A DNA stretch of 64,000 bases from Pirellula sp. (GTDB lineage Bacteria; Planctomycetota; Planctomycetia; Pirellulales; PNKZ01): assembly GCA_013822735.1 (NCBI GenBank), contig PNKZ01000006.1, positions 117,809-181,808 of the forward strand. The letters run 5' to 3'. The position numbers and the translations under genes are program-made. The notes below the pieces were generated by a model. That model made no database searches, was not told the DNA's origin, and saw only the letters and a list, made by a program, of their open reading frames with translations. This document shows positions 1-12,815 of this stretch, one piece after another. Numbering within the stretch: position 1 is the stretch's first letter; every line of letters starts with the position of its first letter.

Positions 1-69
1 CGCGAGGAGCAGCACGTACAACACATTGAGCAGATACGGCATACGGGAATCCGTTCCCGGGGAAGATAT

Positions 70-146
70 GAGTTATGAATTGCGAGTTATGAAACGACGA
101 TGTATTGCCAGACGTTCATAATTCATAACTCTCAATTCATAATTTC

Positions 147-147
<1 letters not shown>
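70..147. repeat. AT-rich heptamer-repeat element (family C): inverted arms gagttatgaattgcgagttatgaa / ttcataattcataactctcaattcataatttcc, overlapping the secA stop codon
   Basis: Read directly. ATAACTC/ATAATTC/GCAATTC heptamers occur on both strands, and a 16-mer tcataattcataactc recurs at 31157-31172. The region is strongly AT-rich against a 62% GC background. Confidence 0.5.
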
Positions 148-3860
<3,713 letters not shown>

Positions 3861-4149
3861 GGGGGGAAACTTCAAACCGAGGGACTTAAGAATGCACCGG
3901 ACTTGGGGTGCGAGATGCGGACGCCGGCAAAGCCTGGTAGGTTTGGCCTTATGACCAAACTCGGCTCGCCTCGTCGGACCCTTCCGTGTGCGCAAGATTT
4001 TCCGTGGCTTTAATTTATAGCGTTTTGCGAGAGGGGTCAAGAACGGTTCGGAGGGGGGCGAGCCGTGTTAAGCCTTGTCGACAACGGGAGTTAGCACGAT
4101 ACTGGTCGGCAGCTTCGCAATGCCGCGGTAAACCCTGGTGTTGTGACTT

Positions 4150-4217
4150 TAGGGAACGCCCTCTGCGGCGTTCCCATTCCCGCGTTTACCACGGAACGCC
4201 ACAGAGGGCGTTCCCTA
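4150..4217. repeat. 25-bp near-perfect inverted repeat (tagggaacgccctctgcggcgttcc ... ggaacgccacagagggcgttcccta, 1 mismatch, 18-nt spacer) in the divergent secA / MBL-hydrolase promoter region
   Basis: Read directly. The half-site gggcgttccctaca..aaac recurs at 37219-37238 upstream of another + strand gene. Confidence 0.7.
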
Positions 4218-4235
4218 CAAACGATTTAGGATCGC

Positions 4236-5045
4236 ATGCCCCTTACGCCGCTCAGCAATCCGACTGATTTGCAAGGAAAGCTGCTATTTTTGGGGACGGG
4301 TACCAGCGTGGGCGTGCCCACAATCGGCTGCGGCTGCGATGTCTGCCAGAGTCCCCATCTGCGCAACAACCGCACGCGCTGCAGCTTGGCGATCGGCCTG
4401 CCGGAAGGAACCTTGCTCGTCGACACCACGCCCGACGTGCGCTTTCAGTTGCTGCGTGAGCGGATCGGCCTCGTGCATGCCGTGCTCTATACGCACGAGC
4501 ATGCCGACCATCTGTTCGGGCTCGACGACCTGCGGGTGTTTCCTTACTACCTCGGCCGTCGACTGCCGCTCTATTGCGAAGCGACCGTAGAGCAAAGGAT
4601 CCGGAAGTCGTTCGACTACGCCTTCCATCCCGATGCGGAAAATTCGCAAACCTCGATTCCGCAACTCACGTTGCAGCCGATCGATCTTTCTCCGTTTTTC
4701 GTGCTTGGCGCGCGTGTGATCCCCATGCGGCTTTATCATGGCCGCTTCCACGTGCTAGGGTTTCGCTTCGGCAATGTGGCGTACTGCACCGACGTGAACG
4801 GCATCCCTAATGAAACTTGGCCGCTCCTGGAAGGGCTCGACGTGCTCATCCTTGATGCGCTCCGGCACAAATTTCATCCGACGCATTTCAACCTGACGCA
4901 AGCCGTCGAAACAGCCAAGCGCATCGGCGCCAAGCAGACCTACTTCACGCACATTGCTCACGACATCGAACACGAATCGGTAAACGCCTCGCTCCCGCCC
5001 GGCATGCAGCTTGCATACGACGGTTTGCGACTCGATCTGAGTTAA
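4236..5045 (+). CDS. MBL-fold metallo-hydrolase (PhnP-like phosphodiesterase family)
   Basis: LFLGTGTSVGVP, a C-x-C-x-x-C cluster, the HEHADH metal-binding motif, and 269 aa length. Confidence 0.8.
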   Translation: MPLTPLSNPTDLQGKLLFLGTGTSVGVPTIGCGCDVCQSPHLRNNRTRCSLAIGLPEGTLLVDTTPDVRFQLLRERIGLVHAVLYTHEHADHLFGLDDLRVFPYYLGRRLPLYCEATVEQRIRKSFDYAFHPDAENSQTSIPQLTLQPIDLSPFFVLGARVIPMRLYHGRFHVLGFRFGNVAYCTDVNGIPNETWPLLEGLDVLILDALRHKFHPTHFNLTQAVETAKRIGAKQTYFTHIAHDIEHESVNASLPPGMQLAYDGLRLDLS

Positions 5046-5049
5046 TACC

Positions 5050-5122
5050 AATGCCGAGTGCGGAATGCTGAATGCTGAACATCAGACGGTCGAACACCTT
5101 TCAGCATTCCGCACTCGGCATT
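5050..5122. repeat. Palindromic GAATGC-type element (family B): a 22-bp perfect inverted repeat aatgccgagtgcggaatgctga / tcagcattccgcactcggcatt, between the MBL stop and the next start. Possible terminator hairpin.
   Basis: Read directly. Related copies are at 35244-35389 and 31086-31122. Confidence 0.7.
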
Positions 5123-5158
5123 CTGCATTTCGATCCATTCCGTCAGGCACCGCGATAT

Positions 5159-6547
5159 ATGAACCCCACCGATCTGATCGAACTGGTAGAAAAACACGGT
5201 CAACAACATCTGCTCGCTCATTGGAGCAAACTGAGCCCCGCAGAACGAGAATCGCTCGAAGAGCAAATTCGTGCGGTCGATTTCGAACAGCTTGAGAAGC
5301 TGCGCACCGGGGAATCGAAGACCGTCGATTGGTCTGAAACTGCCGCTCGCGCCAAATCGCCGCCGGCTGTAAGACTGCAGGATGCTGCGAAACATGCGAA
5401 AGAGGCGATCGCCGCCGGGGAGCAGGCGCTGAAGGCCGGTCAAGTCGGCGCGGTGCTCGTCGCCGGAGGGCAGGGGACTCGCCTCGGTTTCGACCATCCC
5501 AAGGGGATGTACCCGATCGGGCCGGTATCGAATTGCCCGCTGTTTCAGATCCTGTTCGAAAAACTGATCGCCGTCGGACGCCGCTACGGCGTGCGCATTC
5601 CGCTGTTTTTGATGACGAGCCCGGCGACGCATGACGAGACCGTGGCATTTCTCGCGGAGCACGGGCGCTTCGGCCTGCCGGAAGAGGATCTCGTCGTGTT
5701 TTGCCAAGGAACGATGCCGGCCGTCGATCGGGCCACCGGCAAACTCTTGCTGGCAGAGCCGGGGGCGCTCGCGCTCAGTCCCGACGGTCACGGCGGCTTG
5801 CCGGCGGCGCTCGCGCGTAGCCCGGCCGCTTCGATCATTCGCGAGCGCGGGCTAGTGCATCTCTTTTATTTCCAAGTCGACAATGCGCTGGTAACGATGT
5901 GCGATCCGGCGTTTCTCGGCCACCATATTCTCAGCGGCAGCGAAGCGTCGACGCAGGTCGTGGCGAAGCAAGATCCGGCCGAGCGCGTCGGCGTACTCGC
6001 GGAGATCGACGGGAAGACCCAGATCATCGAATACAGCGATCTCCCCGCCGCCGATGCTGCGCGTAAGTCGGCCGACGGTTCCCTCGAACTTTGGGCCGGC
6101 AATATCGCAGTGCACGTATTCGACGCCGACTTCATGTTGCGCATGACTGCCGAAGCCGGCGGCCTGCCGTTTCACATCGCGCAGAAGAAAGTTCCCTACG
6201 TGGACGAAGCCGGTAAACTCGTCGAGCCCAAAGAGCCGAACGCGCTGAAGTTTGAAAAGTTCATCTTCGACTTACTTCCGGCGGCGCGCAAGACCCTGGT
6301 CGTCGAAGTCGATCCGGCCGAAGCCTTTGCGCCGGTGAAGAACGCGCCAGGTTCAAAAACCGACAGCCCCGACACGGTGCGCGCTGCGATCTTGGCGCAG
6401 CACGCTCGCATGCTGCGCGAGGCGGGGACGTCACTTGCAGACGGCGTCGAGATCGAAATCAGCCCGCTCTTTGCGCTCGACGCAGTTGAGCTCGCAGCGA
6501 AGCTGGGCCAGGGCGCTCACCTCACGAAAACAGCCGTCCTGAAATAA
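5159..6547 (+). CDS. UDP-sugar pyrophosphorylase (UDPGP family, UAP1/UGP-like nucleotidyltransferase)
   Basis: LVAGGQGTRLG motif, PIGPVSNCPLFQ, and ~460 aa length. Start taken at MNPTDLIELV (5159). Confidence 0.8.
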   Translation: MNPTDLIELVEKHGQQHLLAHWSKLSPAERESLEEQIRAVDFEQLEKLRTGESKTVDWSETAARAKSPPAVRLQDAAKHAKEAIAAGEQALKAGQVGAVLVAGGQGTRLGFDHPKGMYPIGPVSNCPLFQILFEKLIAVGRRYGVRIPLFLMTSPATHDETVAFLAEHGRFGLPEEDLVVFCQGTMPAVDRATGKLLLAEPGALALSPDGHGGLPAALARSPAASIIRERGLVHLFYFQVDNALVTMCDPAFLGHHILSGSEASTQVVAKQDPAERVGVLAEIDGKTQIIEYSDLPAADAARKSADGSLELWAGNIAVHVFDADFMLRMTAEAGGLPFHIAQKKVPYVDEAGKLVEPKEPNALKFEKFIFDLLPAARKTLVVEVDPAEAFAPVKNAPGSKTDSPDTVRAAILAQHARMLREAGTSLADGVEIEISPLFALDAVELAAKLGQGAHLTKTAVLK

Positions 6548-6598
6548 GGACGGCCGTTCAGTCGGAGCCTACGATCGTAACACCTGCCGCGCGCGATG

Positions 6599-6853
6599 CT
6601 AGGCCGATGGTTGTTCGAGCACCGTCATCATATTTTCGATGCGCAAACGATTGGCGCGCGCAAAGTTGCGCAATAACTCTTGGGCCAATTGCTTGAAATA
6701 GAACGTTCGGACGCATCCTCGCAGTATGAGGCGACGACCGTCCGTACAGACATCCATATCGCGAACTTCACAGTACATGCCGTTAGAAAGCAAGGATCGT
6801 GCTTCTTCGCAGACCATTTCGGAGGGCGTCGTTGAGGCGATGTTTACAGACAT
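6599..6853 (-). CDS. Small BON-domain-like protein (84 aa) in a lower-GC patch
   Basis: DVCTDGRRLILRGCVRTFYFKQLAQELLRNFARANRLRIENMMTV loosely fits the BON pattern. Local GC is lower than its surroundings. Confidence 0.4.
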   Translation of the reverse strand: MSVNIASTTPSEMVCEEARSLLSNGMYCEVRDMDVCTDGRRLILRGCVRTFYFKQLAQELLRNFARANRLRIENMMTVLEQPSA

Positions 6854-7330
6854 AAGAACTTTCTGAACCTACGTGCGAGATGACGGAGATCACTGCAATA
6901 CATGCTGGGGCAATCACCCTGCAACTGAGGTGCCGAGTGCGAGCCTTTTCGGCAATTTTCAACCGTAGCTCTACCCAAACTGTAAAAGTCGCGGAAAGGA
7001 GCATTTGCGCCGGCACTTCTCGATGCGCGGTTACGCTTCGGTCGGAAAACGAGGCGTGCTTTTGCGCCGTCCAAGCTGAACGAAAACTGCTCGGACGGCG
7101 AATGCGAAATGGGGAGCGAGTACTTGCTATGTATACCGCGATACGCGCGGCGCACTGCAAAGTAATTCATGGCGGCACTTCATTTGCCGAAACGGTTCAT
7201 TGTTCGCCGGGAGCGACGTACGCAGCAACTCGATTCAAGGCGGTGCATCGAGGGCTTACGGAATTCATTTCCAGCATGCGCTCCTGCGACGTCTCACTTC
7301 TCTTCCCCGCACTTCGGTAGGAGTTCCATC

Positions 7331-8128
7331 ATGCAACGGATCTGTCTCTTCTCAGGCATTGCCATCGCCGCATTCGCCGCCACTAACGCGTTCGCGCAAG
7401 TGCCCGACTCGATTCAACGTGGTCAAGGCATCTCGCAAAACCCCGCTAACCCGAGTGTTCGCGCCGATCGTCCGATGCACGACCAATATCAGACGCCTAG
7501 CACGCATATGCAGGCCTACGGCACCCCGGGTCGTCGCTACAGCATCGCACCGCGTGCAAGCCGCACCGTCGTCGGTCAATCGGCCGACGCGGAACTCGCC
7601 ACTTGCCTATCGATCGACAATCAAGGTGAGATCGATGCGGGTCACATGGCCTTGCAAAAATCGCAGAATGACGACGTGAAGCAGTTCGCGCAAGAAATGG
7701 TGAATGCCCATGCGAAGATGATTCAAGATTTACAGCGATTCACCGGCGGCGTAGCGCAAACGAGCGCCGCGGCGCCCGCCGAAGCCGGCCGAGCCCCGGC
7801 CTCGAACGTCCAACAAGCGGGCGGCGTCGCACACCCATCGGCCAACGGCTTGGATCACATCGCTTTGAAGCAAGAACTGGCCGATCAATGCAAGCAAACG
7901 ATGCAACGCGAGTGGAGTGAGAAATCGGGCGCGGAGTTTGATAAGTGCTACATCGGCCAACAAATCGGTGCGCACCTGCATGCGATTGACGCCATGCGCG
8001 TCGCTCAAAATCACGCTTCGCCCGAACTTCGTCAAACCTTGGACCAAGGCGTGCAAACCGCATCGGCGCACTTGCAACATGCCAAGGATCTCATGAAGAA
8101 GCTGGAAAGCCAGTCGGCTTCGAAGTAG
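7331..8128 (+). CDS. Secreted DUF4142 family protein (ferritin-like, general-stress type)
   Basis: Signal peptide MQRICLFSGIAIAAFAATNAFAQ, and two repeats with the FDKCYIGQQIGAHLHAID pattern. A strong SD (taggag) lies 8 nt upstream of the ATG at 7331. Confidence 0.65.
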   Translation: MQRICLFSGIAIAAFAATNAFAQVPDSIQRGQGISQNPANPSVRADRPMHDQYQTPSTHMQAYGTPGRRYSIAPRASRTVVGQSADAELATCLSIDNQGEIDAGHMALQKSQNDDVKQFAQEMVNAHAKMIQDLQRFTGGVAQTSAAAPAEAGRAPASNVQQAGGVAHPSANGLDHIALKQELADQCKQTMQREWSEKSGAEFDKCYIGQQIGAHLHAIDAMRVAQNHASPELRQTLDQGVQTASAHLQHAKDLMKKLESQSASK

Positions 8129-8168
8129 CCGCACGGTACTCTTAGCTCGTCTCCGCACCGCCCGTGTC

Positions 8169-8190
8169 GCGAAAACTTCAGAAGTTTTCG
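8169..8190 (+). terminator. Perfect hairpin cgaaaacttcagaagttttcg downstream of the DUF4142 gene (no T-run)
   Basis: Read directly. It may be a terminator or an RNA-stability hairpin. Confidence 0.3.
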
Positions 8191-8296
8191 TGGCGCGGGC
8201 GATGCATTTTTGCATTTAAGCGAATTGCAATTTGGGTTATGAATGAAGGACCGTGCGTCGTGCGACGCGCGAACCTTCATCACCCGATCATGTGCA

Positions 8297-9400
8297 ATGC
8301 TCCACGCTCTCATCATGGCCGGCGGTTCCGGCACCCGATTTTGGCCCGCAAGCCGCCGCGATTTGCCGAAGCAACTCCTAGCGCTTTCCGATGATCGCAC
8401 GATGCTGCGCGGCACCGTCGACCGCATCGCGGGACTCATTCCTACCGAACGCACGTGGTTGGCGGTCGGCACACGTTTGGTGCCGGCCATACAAGCGGAG
8501 CTGCCGGAAATCGCCGCGAGCAACTACGTCGCGGAACCGTGTCAGCGCAACACGGCGCCGGCGATCGGGCTGGCGGCGCTGCGCATGCTGGCCGACGATC
8601 GCGACGCCGTGATGATCGTATTGCCGAGCGATCATGCCATCCGCGATACGTCGGCCTTTCACCGGGCAGTGAGCCTGGCGGACAAGCTGGCCGCTAAGCC
8701 GCGCAATCAGATCGTCACGTTCGGTATTCGCCCGACCTATCCGTCGGAGGGATTCGGCTACATCGAATATGGCGAAACGATCTCGCCGCCGCAGGGAGCC
8801 TTTAAGGCGCTCACCGCCGAACTCGACGCTTACCAAGTCATCCGGTTTCGCGAGAAGCCGAAGTTGGAGCAGGCCCAAGAGTTTATTGCGGCGGGCAACT
8901 TTTTTTGGAACTCCGGCATGTTTGTCTGGCGAGCCGACGTCATCGTCGATGCGCTGCGCGCCCATCAGCCGGAACTGCTGAAACACTTGGAACTCATCGC
9001 CACGGCGTACGGAAGCTCCGAATACGACGCCGTGCTCGATCGGGAGTTTCGCGCCGCGCCGAACATCTCGATCGACTACGCAGTAATGGAGCATGCGAAG
9101 AGCGTCGTCGTGATCGAAGCGCCGTTTGATTGGGACGACGCCGGCAGCTGGCAAGCGTTGGCGAGGCTGCGCGGCTCCGACGAAAACGGCAATACGATCG
9201 TCGGCCCGCATCTGGGCCTGAACACCTCGGACACGATCGTCCGCACGGAAGACGGCCACTTGGTCGTGACGCTCGGCTTGAAAAACTGCCTCATCGTCCA
9301 CACGCCCGACGCTACGCTCGTGGCCGACAAAGCCGACGAGGAAGCGATCCGGAAAGTGGTGAAATTGCTGGAAGAACGGGGCTACGAAGGCCTGCTCTAG
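8297..9400 (+). CDS. manC: Mannose-1-phosphate guanylyltransferase (GDP-mannose pyrophosphorylase)
   Basis: LIMAGGSGTRFWPASR, LPSDH, and the FWNSGMFVW motif. Confidence 0.85.
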   Translation: MLHALIMAGGSGTRFWPASRRDLPKQLLALSDDRTMLRGTVDRIAGLIPTERTWLAVGTRLVPAIQAELPEIAASNYVAEPCQRNTAPAIGLAALRMLADDRDAVMIVLPSDHAIRDTSAFHRAVSLADKLAAKPRNQIVTFGIRPTYPSEGFGYIEYGETISPPQGAFKALTAELDAYQVIRFREKPKLEQAQEFIAAGNFFWNSGMFVWRADVIVDALRAHQPELLKHLELIATAYGSSEYDAVLDREFRAAPNISIDYAVMEHAKSVVVIEAPFDWDDAGSWQALARLRGSDENGNTIVGPHLGLNTSDTIVRTEDGHLVVTLGLKNCLIVHTPDATLVADKADEEAIRKVVKLLEERGYEGLL

Positions 9401-9509
9401 CCCGCTGCTCGCGTACTGCCGGCGACGCCGCAGCCCGTCGTCGGTATAATTCGAGCGATACGTTCCCATTTTTCGGCAGGCGAACTATTTGGCAGGAGAG
9501 CGTCGAGGC

Positions 9510-10556
9510 ATGTTTCGTCGCTACCTTTCGACCGGCGTTTTCCTGGCTTCGCTAGTTTCGCTCCGGCTCGCTACCGCGGAAGAACCCGGCGCGCCGATCA
9601 ACTGGCAGATGCCGACGCTCGGCGGTCTCCAATATTGGGCCGACGAGCACCTCTGCGGCGTCTACCGCATTCAACGCAACGTCTCGACGGGCCATTATCG
9701 GCTGCTCGACGCCACCGACGAACGCCTAGCCTGGGGCACGTATGCGCAGTGCACCGCAAAGCTTGAGGAGATTTGCCGCAAGGATCCTCCCAAGCCGTAT
9801 ACAAAACGAGTAGTACTCGTGCTCCACGGCATGGCGCGCACGCGCCATTCGATGGACGATGTCGCCGATTATCTCCGCAAACACGGCACCGACGACGTTC
9901 TGCAGATCGGCTATCCGAGCACGCGCGAATCGGTGCCGACACACGCCCGGTCGCTCGATCGGGTCATTCGGCACTTGGACGGGGTCGAAGAAATCGATGT
10001 CGTCGCCTATAGCATGGGGAATCTGGTGACGCGCTATTGGCTCGGCGAACTCGCCGCAACGATGAAAGCTCCAGCCGAAGTCGGAGGCAACGGCGACGGA
10101 GGCAATCTCGCTCCCCAGCCCGTTGCCAAGCTTCCGCGCTTGCGACGCTATGTCATGCTCGGTCCTCCGAATCAAGGTGCGCAGCGCGCCAACCTCTGGG
10201 CCGAGTCGACGATCGGTCGCGAGTTGTTCAACCTCGCCGTCGGCGACGCCGGCCAACAACTCGGCCCGCGCTTTCATGAAATCAAAGACAAGCTTGCGAC
10301 GCCGGCCTGTGAGTTCGGCGTCATCGCCGGCGGCAAGGGAGACGGCGAAGGCTGGCACGACGGCATCCCCGGCGACGACGACGGCACGGTCGGCGTGGAG
10401 GAGGCCAAGCTCATCGGTGCCGCGGACTTTGTAGTCATACCCGTGCGTCACATGTCGCTATTGTCCGACGAACGAAGCTTGGCCATGACGGCGTCTTTTC
10501 TCAAGAGCGGCTATTTCTCCACCGAAGCGGCTCGCGCCCGACTCAGTCGACCATGA
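9510..10556 (+). CDS. Secreted alpha/beta hydrolase (lipase/PGAP1-like)
   Basis: Signal peptide, then VLVLHGM and a nucleophile elbow AYSMGN. Confidence 0.65.
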   Translation: MFRRYLSTGVFLASLVSLRLATAEEPGAPINWQMPTLGGLQYWADEHLCGVYRIQRNVSTGHYRLLDATDERLAWGTYAQCTAKLEEICRKDPPKPYTKRVVLVLHGMARTRHSMDDVADYLRKHGTDDVLQIGYPSTRESVPTHARSLDRVIRHLDGVEEIDVVAYSMGNLVTRYWLGELAATMKAPAEVGGNGDGGNLAPQPVAKLPRLRRYVMLGPPNQGAQRANLWAESTIGRELFNLAVGDAGQQLGPRFHEIKDKLATPACEFGVIAGGKGDGEGWHDGIPGDDDGTVGVEEAKLIGAADFVVIPVRHMSLLSDERSLAMTASFLKSGYFSTEAARARLSRP

Positions 10557-11014
10557 GCGAGCATCCTCCGGGACGTCTGGCGGCCATCGACTACGGCACT
10601 GTGCGCATCGGCGTGGCGGTGAGCAACGCGAGTCAAACGCTCGCCAGCCCGTACGAGATCTACACGCGTCGAGCCTTGGACGTCGACGCCGGCTACTTCC
10701 GTCGTCTGGTGAGCACGGAGGGCATTACGCGCTTCGTCGTCGGCTTGCCCGTGCATACCGACGGCCGCGAGAGCCAGAAGTCGCTCGAGGCCGAAGCCTT
10801 CGGCAAGTGGCTCGGCGAAATCACCGGCCTCCCCGTCGACTATTTTGATGAACGCTTCACGACGGCGGCGGCCGAAGAAATACTGCAGGCCCAAGGGCTC
10901 ACAAAGCAGCGGCGTAAAGAACGGCTCGACAAACTCGCAGCACAAATCTTGCTCACCGCCTATCTGGAATCGCCGCTTCGAGGTGCCGCCAAGCCCGGCG
11001 CGCTCGACGATTGA
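10553..11014 (+). CDS. ruvX: Holliday junction resolvase-like RuvX/YqgF
   Basis: LAAIDYGTVRIGVAVS, VVGLPVHTDG, and ~150 aa length. It overlaps the upstream stop by 4 nt. Confidence 0.85.
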   Translation: MSEHPPGRLAAIDYGTVRIGVAVSNASQTLASPYEIYTRRALDVDAGYFRRLVSTEGITRFVVGLPVHTDGRESQKSLEAEAFGKWLGEITGLPVDYFDERFTTAAAEEILQAQGLTKQRRKERLDKLAAQILLTAYLESPLRGAAKPGALDD

Positions 11015-11156
11015 ACGCCCCCGGATACGACAAGATGTCGTAGCCGAATAAGGTGGTCGTTCACCAAGGCTACGACTAGACTGCCTGGATTCCCCACGGT
11101 TGTAGATTTTGTAAAGCACCGCAACGTCCGATTCCACGCCTCTCAACCCCGCCGCG

Positions 11157-12812
11157 ATGCCCGCACAATCCCCTTCGCAGGTTCCCGCTGAGCAATTAAC
11201 GCCGCCCGGCGACAGGCGACGATATGCCGCGGAGTTGCTTCGTGACGTGGTTCCCGCTTCCGGCAAGCCGCACAGCTGGTTAGTCGCGCGAGCAGGCCTC
11301 GACCTGCCGACCACGCCTTGGCGACGATATGGAATTGCCGTCGTCGCTTTAGCGACGGCGCTCGTGCTGCGTTGGGCGCTAGACCCGGTCATGCAGGGTC
11401 GCGGCTCCTATGGATTTTTTCTCATTGCCACGGCATTCGTCGCTTGGCGTTGCGGCACCGCGCCCGCGCTGCTCACGACGATCGGCGGAGCGTTCTTCGG
11501 CACTTGGCTCTTTGAAGATCCGCGCGGCACTCTGGCATTGCCGCTTGACGGAAGCCATGTTTCGCTCCTCGTGAGCCTCGGAATCGGGGTCGCCACAGCC
11601 ATCTTTTGCGGATCGCTCCGCCAAACGGCCATGGAGAACGCCCGACTCTATCGACACGCGCGCGAAGCAGATGCTCGCAAAGATGAGTTCCTTGCGATGC
11701 TGGCGCATGAGCTACGCAATCCGCTGACGCCGATGCGCAACGCCTTATACTTGCTCGATGCCAGCGGACCGCACGAAGCACAGGTTGACGAGCTCCATCG
11801 AATGATGGGCGGCCAACTTGAACACCTGGTCCGACTCGTCGACGACTTGCTGGATGTTTCGCGCATTACGCAGGGAAAGATCGAGCTGAAATGGGAGCGT
11901 GTTGAGACCGGGAAACTTGCCGAGGACGTCCTCAACGCCGTGCGCCCGTTGATCAACGAACGAGGCCACGACCTTCGCGTCATGCTGCCGGAGGTGAAGA
12001 CGTATCTGCGCGGCGATCGTGTACGCCTGACGCAAATCCTCGTCAATTTGCTCACCAACGCGGCGAAGTACACGCCGCCGTCGGGCCGTATTTGGTTTAA
12101 CGTCGACGCCGAAGAGAACATGTTGGTGTTTCGCATTCGCGATACGGGTATCGGGCTCAAACCGGCCGACGTCGAACGCATTTTCAACTTGTTTGAGCAG
12201 GCCGGCCACGCCCAAGACATGGCCAAAGGAGGGCTCGGCATCGGGCTCACGCTCGTCCGTCGCTTGGTGGAGATGCAAGGGGGCACCGTCACCGCGCACA
12301 GCGTCGGCGCGGGATTGGGAAGCGAGTTTACCGTGCGGCTTCCGCGCACGGCGGCTCCTCCGGAACAGCCCGCCGTTGCTCCGGACTTGCGATCCCCGCC
12401 CAAGCGAGTCTCTCCCACTTCGCTACGCATCGTCGTCGTGGAAGACGTCGCCGCGACGGCGAAGAGCATGTCGAACATTTTGAGTCTCTGGCAACACGAA
12501 ACGAAAACCTGCGGCGACGGATATACCGCCTTGGAATTGATTCGGCAGTTTCGGCCCGACGTGGTACTCGCCGATCTCGGACTTCCGCAAATGTCGGGCT
12601 ATCAGCTGGCCGAAGAGATTCAAAAGTTGCCGGGCATGGAAGACGTCGTCATGATTGCGATCAGCGGTTACGGGCAGCCCGCCGATAAAGAACGCTCACA
12701 CGCCGCGGGCTTCAAGCGACATCTCGTCAAGCCGATCGATCCGCAAGAGTTGGAGCATATCCTTGATGATCTTCGTCCGGTATTTGCCAAGACGAACGCG
12801 CGCGACGCGTAA
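11157..12812 (+). CDS. Hybrid sensor histidine kinase (DUF4118-like membrane sensor + HisKA + HATPase + C-terminal receiver)
   Basis: H-box LAHELRNPLTP, N/G boxes, and a REC domain VVVEDVAATAK...DLGLPQMSGY. The N-terminal membrane region resembles the KdpD DUF4118. Confidence 0.85.
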   Translation: MPAQSPSQVPAEQLTPPGDRRRYAAELLRDVVPASGKPHSWLVARAGLDLPTTPWRRYGIAVVALATALVLRWALDPVMQGRGSYGFFLIATAFVAWRCGTAPALLTTIGGAFFGTWLFEDPRGTLALPLDGSHVSLLVSLGIGVATAIFCGSLRQTAMENARLYRHAREADARKDEFLAMLAHELRNPLTPMRNALYLLDASGPHEAQVDELHRMMGGQLEHLVRLVDDLLDVSRITQGKIELKWERVETGKLAEDVLNAVRPLINERGHDLRVMLPEVKTYLRGDRVRLTQILVNLLTNAAKYTPPSGRIWFNVDAEENMLVFRIRDTGIGLKPADVERIFNLFEQAGHAQDMAKGGLGIGLTLVRRLVEMQGGTVTAHSVGAGLGSEFTVRLPRTAAPPEQPAVAPDLRSPPKRVSPTSLRIVVVEDVAATAKSMSNILSLWQHETKTCGDGYTALELIRQFRPDVVLADLGLPQMSGYQLAEEIQKLPGMEDVVMIAISGYGQPADKERSHAAGFKRHLVKPIDPQELEHILDDLRPVFAKTNARDA

Positions 12813-12815
12813 TCG

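Noticed and set aside
1-146. Possible 3' end of a gene at the window edge
   Set aside because: No ORF in any frame extends into it. The region is occupied by the AT-rich heptamer repeat instead.
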